DNA from: a virus
DNA: 16,197 bases
Direction: 5' to 3' (one strand)
Virus record (IMG/VR): IMGVR_UViG_3300006162_000592
Shown here: positions 7,364 to 13,123 of the stretch, in pieces
Position numbering within the stretch: position 1 is the first letter of the stretch
How the letters are laid out: the number at the start of each line of letters is the position of its first letter
Position numbers and translations under genes: made by a program
The notes under the pieces: model-generated
What the model saw: the letters and a program-made list of their open reading frames with translations, nothing else
The model's database searches: none
What the model was told of the DNA's origin: nothing

Positions 7364-7582
7364 TCAGTCTTTCCCGAACAAGTCTATGACGGCTTTGTTG
7401 GAAGCCCAGTTTTGCACAAATTTACGGATTTGTTCTTGACCCACTACGACGTACACGCCAGCGTGAGGGAAATGGAACTCTCCGTAGCCCTCGGCAACGC
7501 CACGCACGACGCATGTCCATTGGTCGCCTGCCACATGCTTCCAATGGATCGCCTGACGCTCTACTGTATATCTCCGAATCAC
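7364..7582 (-). CDS. hypothetical protein (72 aa)
   Basis: ATG at 7582 gives MIRRYTVERQAIHWKHVAGDQWTCVVRGVAEGYGEFHFPHAG... Confidence 0.5.
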   Translation of the reverse strand: MIRRYTVERQAIHWKHVAGDQWTCVVRGVAEGYGEFHFPHAGVYVVVGQEQIRKFVQNWASNKAVIDLFGKD

Positions 7583-7583
7583 T

Positions 7584-7880
7584 TTATTCTCCGAACACTT
7601 CGCGCACGAGCTTCACTAAGGTGTCGCCGTGGCACCGCTTGCCCTTGCCGTTCTTATTTTTGCACCAGCAGCCCAGCGTTTTGCCTCGAAGTTCACCCAG
7701 CCGCCTCATCAGGTCTCGGTTGCTGCGCACGTGCGCCTCGTACTTGTCGCAAACACAATCTCGCCCGCATCCAACCTCAATCTTGAACGGATTGTGCCAA
7801 GGCGACTCGTTAAACTCCATGAACGCCCGACCGATGTAGACGTCAAAAGGAGCTTTGCGCACGTGTACTACGCGAGTCAT
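7584..7880 (-). CDS. DUF4326-family protein (98 aa)
   Basis: VVHVRKAPFDVYIGRAFMEFNESPWHNPFKIE...GKTLGCWCKNKNG...CHGDTLVKL matches the DUF4326 signature as I remember it (VYIGR...S.WGNPF...GK.L.C.C.P..CHGDVL). There is an ATGA overlap with the upstream small ORF. Confidence 0.55.
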   Translation of the reverse strand: MTRVVHVRKAPFDVYIGRAFMEFNESPWHNPFKIEVGCGRDCVCDKYEAHVRSNRDLMRRLGELRGKTLGCWCKNKNGKGKRCHGDTLVKLVREVFGE

Positions 7881-8038
7881 TCCCGTTCTTCGGTGTACCA
7901 GTTAGCTTTATCGTCCGTAACCACGGGTTGTCCTTCCCACAACGCTACGTTGACCACCATCGCTGGGAAAGCATTCTTAGCTGTGTACTTGCCAACAATC
8001 TCACCCCAGTCGTTCTTGACCGTGACTTCAATCTGCAT
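7877..8038 (-). CDS. small hypothetical protein (53 aa), below the track's ORF cutoff
   Basis: Hand translation gives MQIEVTVKNDWGEIVGKYTAKNAFPAMVVNVALWEGQPVVTDDKANWYTEERE. It is coupled by TAATG to the upstream stop and by ATGA to the DUF4326 gene. Confidence 0.45.
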   Translation of the reverse strand: MQIEVTVKNDWGEIVGKYTAKNAFPAMVVNVALWEGQPVVTDDKANWYTEERE

Positions 8039-8355
8039 TATCTGATCCCCTTCTTTTTATTCTTGTACCGTTTGATGACAGGCGCGAGGGTTGCGATGGC
8101 ATCCTCGTTGACTTTGCCCGTGAACTCCGGCACTTCTTCCACGGTGATCATGACGGTGCGGCGTTCCTTAGAACCTAGACCGAGGCGTTTGATGAGATGC
8201 TGCGCTTGAGCTACGCCCTGCGCGTTGTCGTGGCACCCGTCTAGGTCAGCGCGGTCGTCCTCGTAGATACTGAGCAAAAACTTGTTGCACTCCGGGTGGA
8301 TTTTCTCAAAGAGCCACTTCGGCACCAAGACGTATTCTCGGTCGCCAATCTTCAC
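8038..8355 (-). CDS. hypothetical protein (about 105 aa), GTG start
   Basis: GTG at 8355..8353 overlaps the upstream stop as GTGA (VKIGDREYVLVPKWLFEKIHPECNKFLL...). The track start at 8394 would overlap the upstream gene by 42 nt. Confidence 0.4.
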   Translation of the reverse strand: MKIGDREYVLVPKWLFEKIHPECNKFLLSIYEDDRADLDGCHDNAQGVAQAQHLIKRLGLGSKERRTVMITVEEVPEFTGKVNEDAIATLAPVIKRYKNKKKGIR

Positions 8356-8630
8356 GCCATCCTCGCAAAAGTGGAGTCCTTGACCACAACCCACGTGCCG
8401 TTGTTGCTGTGGTCGCTGAAGCCTGACACTGTAACAACGTCCCCCACCTTGTAGGAACGGCGCGGTTGGAATTCAACCGTCTCTGTGGCTGCACAGGGAC
8501 CGCCGTGTCCGGCTCCCCGTGAGCAACGCCAGCCGGGCGGAGGAAGCGTGCAATCTAGGAGAAGTTTCGGTGCTACCACGGCAGCACCCAAGGCGACGGC
8601 GGCGAATCCTATGAATTCTCTGCGATTCAT
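8352..8630 (-). CDS. small exported protein with a Tat-like signal (92 aa)
   Basis: The N-terminus MNRREFIGFAAVALGAAVVAP resembles a twin-arginine motif (RRxF) followed by a hydrophobic stretch. There is an ATGA overlap with the upstream lipoprotein gene. Confidence 0.5.
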   Translation of the reverse strand: MNRREFIGFAAVALGAAVVAPKLLLDCTLPPPGWRCSRGAGHGGPCAATETVEFQPRRSYKVGDVVTVSGFSDHSNNGTWVVVKDSTFARMA

Positions 8631-9151
8631 TTCACCACCGTGTAGCCATCAATTTGGTAGCATCCGGGGTCGCCTGAATCCTCGTATGGGTGCCAGTGGA
8701 AATTCAGGATGACCGCACTGTTGACGGGGATCGCTTGGTTGGGGCAGACTTTCTCAAACTTTTTGACGAAGCCGCCGCGTTCGCTGAACGTGAACCAGAA
8801 AACGTGAGTCGTGGTATCCCCGTTCTTGGTGTCGGTCTCACCGACCTCCGTCACAGTACCTACGCCACTAATCTCCGGGTGCCCGATCTTCACTGACCCG
8901 TCAGAGTTGCGTCCGTTGCTGTCAAGCCTAGCAATGGCGTCTTGGATGTTCTTCTGAACCTGGGCAGCCTGGTCAGCGGCCGTCTGAGCAGCCTTGGCAG
9001 CCTGCTGCGCTTGGTCAAGCTGCGCTTGCACTGTGGGCACGCGGTTCTTCGCGTCAGGGGCGGTTCCACCGCATCCGTGCGCCAGCAATGCGAACGGCAA
9101 GATGAACAAGGGGATTATCAGGAACCACAGCCTTCTCTTTTCAATGCGCAT
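8627..9151 (-). CDS. lipoprotein with a Gln/Ala-rich coiled-coil segment (174 aa)
   Basis: MRIEKRRLWFLIIPLFILPFALLAHGCGG has a signal peptide and a lipobox-like LAHGC. It is followed by AQLDQAQQAAKAAQTAADQAAQVQKNIQD. Confidence 0.55.
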   Translation of the reverse strand: MRIEKRRLWFLIIPLFILPFALLAHGCGGTAPDAKNRVPTVQAQLDQAQQAAKAAQTAADQAAQVQKNIQDAIARLDSNGRNSDGSVKIGHPEISGVGTVTEVGETDTKNGDTTTHVFWFTFSERGGFVKKFEKVCPNQAIPVNSAVILNFHWHPYEDSGDPGCYQIDGYTVVK

Positions 9152-9545
9152 CTCTGATCTCCTTCACGTTATTGATGTCTGTACTATGGTACTCCAACCC
9201 GTCCTTTTCAGTCCACACAACTTGGTGGTTGTGTACCTCGCGTTTGCCCATACTGTCGGCGTAAATGTCAACGTGTCCGGGCAGGAAATTTGTGACCTTG
9301 ACGGTGCGATCAGACCCAAGATCGTAGTACTCCCGGTGGGCTTTGTCACGGGGCAAATCGTTTCGTAGGTGCCGAGGGTCTACTGCGTCGCTACAATCCT
9401 TGCCGCGAAAGAGGGAGTACGACCGTTGCTCCAGCTTGGGAAACAGGACATGCACCCTTGTTCCTGAGAGGATCGTCGCTGTCTGCCCGATCCTGAGAAG
9501 GTCGCGCAGGCGGTAGTCTTCAACGTATCCGGTGAATTCCATCAT
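9141..9545 (-). CDS. hypothetical protein (about 134 aa)
   Basis: ATG (MMEFTGYVEDYRLRDLL...) overlaps the stop of 9542..10063 as ATGA. The track start at 9554 is GTG. Confidence 0.5.
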   Translation of the reverse strand: MMEFTGYVEDYRLRDLLRIGQTATILSGTRVHVLFPKLEQRSYSLFRGKDCSDAVDPRHLRNDLPRDKAHREYYDLGSDRTVKVTNFLPGHVDIYADSMGKREVHNHQVVWTEKDGLEYHSTDINNVKEIRDAH

Positions 9546-10063
9546 CCCACCCACAGCTTGAACAGACCTGACATGGTTCGTCTGATCGTTGCGAAAGCGC
9601 CAAGTTTCTCATCCGGGGTTGGCGGAAGGTATCCCTGCTGTTCACCCCACTTGCGCCATAGTTTTGTCAGCGCAGTGTGCCGTCCTCGCATCCAGTCTTC
9701 AACCACCGGGGCGACGCCCCGCGCCCGCGTCTTCTCAAACAGCAGGTGCATCGCAGCCCACGAAGAGATGTTCCCCTTGCCTTTGCACTTCGGACAGCGG
9801 TTGCCTGTGGTCTTCGGGGGCCAAGTCTTGTCGCCTTTGTCCCAAGCCTCCTGCCAGCCGAGCGCGAATTCGTCGCCGAAGCCGAAGCACAGGTTGCAAT
9901 GCCAGTCCCGATCAAGCAGATCGTCAAGCAGCCACGGGATGATCTCGTCGCCCGCCGCGTGAAGCGCCTGATAGTCGGGGTGCGTATAAACCGCAGGGGC
10001 GGAGGACGTCATCGTCTCTCGGCTGTACGTCCGCATGTGCTCGCGGTATTCGTCCTTGGTCAT
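9542..10063 (-). CDS. hypothetical protein with CxxC...CxxC (173 aa)
   Basis: ATG at 10063 gives MTKDEYREHMRTYS...HCNLCFGFG...CPKCKGKG. There is an ATGA overlap with the upstream gene. Confidence 0.55.
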   Translation of the reverse strand: MTKDEYREHMRTYSRETMTSSAPAVYTHPDYQALHAAGDEIIPWLLDDLLDRDWHCNLCFGFGDEFALGWQEAWDKGDKTWPPKTTGNRCPKCKGKGNISSWAAMHLLFEKTRARGVAPVVEDWMRGRHTALTKLWRKWGEQQGYLPPTPDEKLGAFATIRRTMSGLFKLWVG

Positions 10064-10305
10064 GCTTCCCTTTCAATCATTTCCAGCACGATCTCTTCGT
10101 GCGTCTTGCAGGCGGTGACTATCTTATCGTTCCAGCCCCGGTAGACGATCACGATGGGGGCCGCCCCGCAGAAATGGCAACCGTCATTGCTTTCGCCTAT
10201 GATCCCATCAGCGAGGGTATTGACCGTTTCCATGATCTTACTGTGGTCGCGTACTACGAACCTGACACAGGGTCTATCTGTCACGTCTATAGGAAAATCA
10301 GGCAT
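10060..10305 (-). CDS. small CxxC protein (81 aa), paralog of 10298..10543
   Basis: MPDFPIDVTDRPCVRFVV...CHFCGAAPIVIVYRGWNDKIVTACKTHEEIVLEMIERE aligns with its neighbour ...CTFCGKKPVVAYTFALD...ATCKEHVSILQEQFEKD. Confidence 0.5.
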   Translation of the reverse strand: MPDFPIDVTDRPCVRFVVRDHSKIMETVNTLADGIIGESNDGCHFCGAAPIVIVYRGWNDKIVTACKTHEEIVLEMIEREA

Positions 10306-10543
10306 CGCCGTCCTCGGAGCCTAAGATGATGTCCGCGCCCTTGATGTCTTTCTCAAACTGTTCCTGAAGGATGGAAACATGTTCCTTACATGTTGCGACG
10401 ATGCTGTCCTGCACAAACTCCGGGTTGGCAGGCACGCCATCAACGATCTCGGCGTCCAAGGCAAAAGTGTAAGCCACAACGGGCTTTTTACCGCAGAACG
10501 TGCAGACCAAGCTGTCCTTGTCTATTTGGTCTAAGAATCCCAT
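10298..10543 (-). CDS. small CxxC protein (81 aa), paralog of 10060..10305
   Basis: GGGGGA lies before ATG 10543 (MGFLDQIDKDSLVCTFCGKKPVVAYTF...). Confidence 0.5.
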   Translation of the reverse strand: MGFLDQIDKDSLVCTFCGKKPVVAYTFALDAEIVDGVPANPEFVQDSIVATCKEHVSILQEQFEKDIKGADIILGSEDGDA

Positions 10544-10578
10544 CAGAAATGTCCCCCACTTACTTAGATGCTACTACA

Positions 10579-10737
10579 TTAAAGCGCGGCGCGGAGAATC
10601 AGCTTAAAATATCCCCACAACGCCACGAAAAAGATAACCACGTCGTCCCATCCAAGGTCACCGTCCGCAAGCATCAGGGCAGCCACGGCAGCCCAGTACG
10701 CGGCGGACTGAACCCACTTCTTGTGGAGCCAGCTCAT
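10579..10737 (-). CDS. small membrane protein (52 aa), below the track's ORF cutoff
   Basis: Hand translation gives MSWLHKKWVQSAAYWAAVAALMLADGDLGWDDVVIFFVALWGYFKLILRAAL, with two hydrophobic segments. There is an ATGA overlap with the upstream stop (10734..10737). Confidence 0.45.
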   Translation of the reverse strand: MSWLHKKWVQSAAYWAAVAALMLADGDLGWDDVVIFFVALWGYFKLILRAAL

Positions 10738-10937
10738 TTACAACTCCGACAACTCATGTCGCCATAATCGGCAATGTACTCTGGGGAGCACCACATGCAG
10801 CAGTCGCAGACGACCGTCTCGTAAGGACGTGCATACTTGGCCCAGTAGCCTCCAGAAACATCGTAGAAGCCGCTAGTAAACGTGTCGCCCCAGTTTCCCT
10901 CAACGTTTTTCTTGCACCTATCACAATGTACCAGCAT
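10734..10937 (-). CDS. small Cys-rich protein (67 aa)
   Basis: ATG at 10937 gives MLVHCDRCKKNVEGNWGDTFTSGFYDVSGGYWAKYARPYETVVCDCCMWCSPEYIADYGDMSCRSCK. The TGAtATG junction follows the kinase gene. Confidence 0.5.
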   Translation of the reverse strand: MLVHCDRCKKNVEGNWGDTFTSGFYDVSGGYWAKYARPYETVVCDCCMWCSPEYIADYGDMSCRSCK

Positions 10938-10938
10938 A

Positions 10939-11454
10939 TCACTTGCCTGCCAAGCGTTCGTAGAGGTTCTTCCGGTAGGCAATCAACCGAGGATAACAAC
11001 GTACGACTGCATGCGACGCGAACTCACCGGGAAGCTGGTCAAATTGGTCTCCCCAGATCAAGGGCTTGGGGTTAGAAAGATAACGCTGGAGCAGCGCCTC
11101 ATCCGTGTCCTCAAAGTACGTCACCGAGGTCAGGCTTTTCATCCGGTCGCAAATTGCCTCGCTCATGTACACCACGCTACCCGATGTGTCCAAGATGATG
11201 TTTTCTTCGCTGGCTTGGATTTCGTCCAAGGCCTCGTTCATAGACGACACTTCACACTCCAAATATCGCTGCTCGCGCTCGCGGTAGCCGGGTTCGTCCG
11301 GCCAGCCCATCCAGCTCGCCACACTGCCCACATCTGCGAGACCAAGCTTCTTCGCGATCATGTCGTCAATGCCGATGACGTGGAAAGTGCCGGATAGCTT
11401 CTGCGCCCAGTAGGACTTTCCAGCCCCGGACATGCCGATAAACGACAACTTCAT
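10939..11454 (-). CDS. P-loop kinase, shikimate-kinase / NMP-kinase-like fold (171 aa)
   Basis: MKLSFIGMSGAGKSYWAQKL...HVIGIDDMI... has a Walker A GxxGxGKS right at the N-terminus followed by a DxD-like segment, as in shikimate kinase, adenylate-kinase-like and polynucleotide-kinase-like enzymes. The substrate cannot be assigned by eye. Confidence 0.55.
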   Translation of the reverse strand: MKLSFIGMSGAGKSYWAQKLSGTFHVIGIDDMIAKKLGLADVGSVASWMGWPDEPGYREREQRYLECEVSSMNEALDEIQASEENIILDTSGSVVYMSEAICDRMKSLTSVTYFEDTDEALLQRYLSNPKPLIWGDQFDQLPGEFASHAVVRCYPRLIAYRKNLYERLAGK

Positions 11455-11633
11455 TCCTGTGCCTTCTCTATTGCCTCTATAGCTGCCTCTGTCTCCGCTA
11501 CCAGCTTTGACATCTCATCTCGGATGTGTTTCAACCGGATGACTTTGACTCGCGAAGGACGGTCTGAGTTTTCAATTTCTTCAGCAAGAGCTGCCAATTC
11601 CAAGCGTCTAGCTGTATGGAAATCAATGTCCAT
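11451..11633 (-). CDS. small acidic helical protein (60 aa)
   Basis: MDIDFHTARRLELAALAEEIENSDRPSRVKVIRLKHIRDEMSKLVAETEAAIEAIEKAQE. There is an ATGA overlap with the downstream kinase gene. Confidence 0.45.
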   Translation of the reverse strand: MDIDFHTARRLELAALAEEIENSDRPSRVKVIRLKHIRDEMSKLVAETEAAIEAIEKAQE

Positions 11634-11641
11634 GTTCGCCT

Positions 11642-11992
11642 CTACCAGGTGATCTTCATTCCGCCGCTCTGGTACTCCTCCACAGCATAGCCTTCGTTGC
11701 GAAAGTGGTTCATCAGCATCTCGTGGATCGGCAGGTCGGCGTCCTTGACCCAGATGACCTCGTCTCCGTTGGGGTTCAGGTCAGACGGCGCGTAAGTGCC
11801 GTGGTGCCCCTTCGCTGCCGCTGTCTTGATGTAACCCTCAACCTGCGAGACCAGCGCGGAACCGCGCTTCTTCCAAAGCGCCTCAGCCTGCTTGGTCTTT
11901 TTGACGAGGGTTGCCCTGTATTCCATTTCGTGGTCACGTTGCAGCTTGGCGATGGCTCGCTTCGCCTTTTCCCGTGCCTCTGTTGCGTTCAT
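11642..11992 (-). CDS. hypothetical protein (116 aa)
   Basis: GAGGGGG lies before ATG 11992 (MNATEAREKAKRAIAKLQRDHEMEYRATLVKK...). There is a TAATG overlap with the PTH2 stop. The Arg-rich N-terminal extension in the track is discarded. Confidence 0.5.
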   Translation of the reverse strand: MNATEAREKAKRAIAKLQRDHEMEYRATLVKKTKQAEALWKKRGSALVSQVEGYIKTAAAKGHHGTYAPSDLNPNGDEVIWVKDADLPIHEMLMNHFRNEGYAVEEYQSGGMKITW

Positions 11993-12273
11993 TATTCCCC
12001 CTCTTCGCCGTCTTCTTCTTCCTCGTACCAGCATACCACGGTGTGGGAGCCAGCGGGAACCTCTGTGTAGCCCGCGTCGGTGACAACGTAGCCCTCCGGG
12101 TGCGCTTGGACGGCCTCATAGAACTTTTTGGTGGAGGCTTCCAGCACGACACAAGACCAGTGGTCTTGCGGGTCTTTCTTGTACAGCCCGATGCCCGCGT
12201 GGACACACTGCGCCGCGACCTTGCGTTCCGACATTCGCAGGTTCTTGTGGATGAGCATCTTGATCTTCTTCAT
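11992..12273 (-). CDS. pth2: peptidyl-tRNA hydrolase, PTH2 (archaeal/eukaryotic type) family (93 aa)
   Basis: MKKIKMLIHKNLRMSERKVAAQCVHAG...DAGYTEVPAGSHTVV matches the PTH2 core as I recall it (human PTRH2 [25 protein letters not shown] ... DAGRTQIAPGSQTVL). Confidence 0.7.
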   Translation of the reverse strand: MKKIKMLIHKNLRMSERKVAAQCVHAGIGLYKKDPQDHWSCVVLEASTKKFYEAVQAHPEGYVVTDAGYTEVPAGSHTVVCWYEEEEDGEEGE

Positions 12274-12302
12274 GTAAGTAGAATACCACAGTAGGGAGGA
12301 TT

Positions 12303-12399
12303 TGGTAGCGGACCTCGGAGTCGAACCGAGCCGGGCACCCCAATCTAGGGCGACATCACGGGTTTATAAGACCCGCCCGCACAACCAGTGCTGTCCGCT
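12303..12399 (-). tRNA. atypical long tRNA (97 nt with CCA); best anticodon loop CUUAUAA gives anticodon UAU, which would read AUA
   Basis: On the minus strand it has a perfect 7-bp acceptor stem AGCGGAC/GTCCGCT, discriminator A73 and an encoded CCA. The T-arm is canonical (CTCGG TTCGACT CCGAG). The anticodon arm CGGGT-CTTATAA-ACCCG has U33 and A37. The D region is short (GCAC TGGTT GTGC), and a 28-nt variable region contains a second hairpin CGCCC-TAGATTG-GGGTG. It does not fit class I or class II cleanly. Confidence 0.5.
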
Positions 12400-12403
12400 A
12401 ATC

Positions 12404-12492
12404 TGGTGCGAGCGACAGGATTTGAACCTGCACTCCCCCGTAGGGGAAGGAGGGTTTAAGTCTCCGGCGTCTGCCAATTCCGCCACGCTCGC
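12404..12492 (-). tRNA. tRNA-Leu (anticodon UAA, reads UUA/UUG)
   Basis: Acceptor GCGAGCG/CGCTCGC, A73 and CCA. D arm is GCG-GAATTGGCAGA-CGC (E. coli Leu-like). Anticodon loop is CTTAAAC. Long variable arm TTCCCCTACGGGGGAG. T loop is TTCAAAT. Confidence 0.85.
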
Positions 12493-12497
12493 AAACT

Positions 12498-12587
12498 TGG
12501 CGGAGACGGTGGGATTCGAACCCACGGTACCAGTTACGGTACACACGCTTTCCAAGCGTGCTCCTTAAGCCACTCGGACACATCTCC
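12498..12587 (-). tRNA. tRNA-Ser (anticodon GGA, reads UCC/UCU)
   Basis: Acceptor GGAGATG/CGTCTCC, G73 and CCA. D arm is TCC-GAGTGGCTTAA-GGA. Anticodon arm is CACGC-TTGGAAA-GCGTG. Long variable arm. T arm is TGGG-TTCGAAT-CCCA. Confidence 0.85.
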
Positions 12588-12592
12588 AAACT

Positions 12593-12684
12593 TGGCGGTG
12601 GGCGAGAGAGTCGAACTCCCAACGGGCCGTTAGACCCGTAACTGTTTTCAAGACAGCCGGACTTGCCAATGTACCAAGCCCACC
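12593..12684 (-). tRNA. tRNA-Ser (anticodon UGA, reads UCA/UCN)
   Basis: Acceptor GGTGGGC/GCCCACC, G73 and CCA. Anticodon arm is GCTGT-CTTGAAA-ACAGT. Long variable arm CGGGTCTAACGGCCCG. T loop is TTCGACT. Confidence 0.85.
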
Positions 12685-12796
12685 GAACTACTCGCAGGGA
12701 ACAAAGTGTCAAGGTGTCGCGGCGTCGAAGCCCCAAAGCCTTTCGGCTTTTCTATCCAGAAGTAACCTTGTCAAACACCGCTGCGATCTAAAATTT

Positions 12797-12888
12797 TGGC
12801 GGAGAGGACAGGAGTTGAACCTGCAACGGGCTTTTATACCCGTAGTCGTTTTCGAGACGACCGGACTTGCCAGTGTACCAACCTCTCC
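12797..12888 (-). tRNA. tRNA-Ser (anticodon CGA, reads UCG)
   Basis: Acceptor GGAGAGG/CCTCTCC, G73 and CCA. Anticodon arm is GTCGT-CTCGAAA-ACGAC. Long variable arm CGGGTATAAAAGCCCG. T loop is TTCAACT. Confidence 0.85.
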
Positions 12889-12889
12889 A

Positions 12890-12979
12890 TGGCGGAGAAT
12901 GAGGGATTCGAACCCCCGGTCCCCTTGCGGGGACTCAGGTTTAGCAAACCTGCGCGATCAGCCGCTCTGCCAATTCTCC
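12890..12979 (-). tRNA. tRNA-Ser (anticodon GCU, reads AGC/AGU)
   Basis: Acceptor GGAGAAT/ATTCTCC, G73 and CCA. Anticodon arm is CAGGT-TTGCTAA-ACCTG. Long variable arm GTCCCCGCAAGGGGAC. T arm is GGGGG-TTCGAAT-CCCTC. It is separated from the previous tRNA by 1 nt. Confidence 0.85.
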
Positions 12980-12984
12980 GTTAC

Positions 12985-13024
12985 CGCAAGACAACAAAAA
13001 AGCCGCCTGACTTCGGCGGCTGGT
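12985..13024 (-). terminator. intrinsic terminator between the leader ORF and the first tRNA
   Basis: Minus strand has a 7-bp G/C-rich stem AGCCGCC / GGCGGCU with loop GAAGUCA, followed by UUUUUUGUUGU. On the + strand the hairpin is preceded by an A-run, not followed by a T-run, so it is orientation-specific. Confidence 0.65.
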
Positions 13025-13051
13025 TGCGATCTCTGTGTTTGCGTCTATTGC

Positions 13052-13123
13052 TTACGCGCCCACACCTTCGCCCCAGCCCATTGCTGAGCTACTAGAGGAC
13101 GATAATGTGGATATGAATGCCAT
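13052..13123 (-). CDS. leaderless 23-codon leader peptide MAFISTLSSSSSSAMGWGEGVGA, rich in the codons decoded by the downstream tRNA array
   Basis: The ATG 13123..13121 lies 6 nt after the -10 hexamer. Codons are ATG GCA TTC ATA TCC ACA TTA TCG TCC TCT AGT AGC TCA GCA ATG GGC TGG GGC GAA GGT GTG GGC GCG TAA. That is ATA, TTA and all six Ser codons consecutively, each once, plus an extra TCC. It is below the track's 60-aa cutoff. Confidence 0.6.
   Translation of the reverse strand: MAFISTLSSSSSSAMGWGEGVGA

Noticed and set aside
12724-12760. Possible seventh tRNA or T-arm (GGGGCTTCGACGCC) in the 112-nt spacer
   Set aside because: I could not pair a 5-bp T stem around TTCGACG or find a matching acceptor stem. 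It is left as an unexplained spacer, which is reported as a finding.
12996-13024. Hairpin read as a possible + strand terminator
   Set aside because: On the + strand the A-run precedes the stem and no T-run follows it. Only the minus-strand orientation has the stem followed by UUUUUUGUUGU.
12302-13095. + strand ORFs 12302..12568 and 12796..13095 across the tRNA region
   Set aside because: They run antisense through tRNA genes and start with TTG. They are artefacts of the stop-poor tRNA complement.
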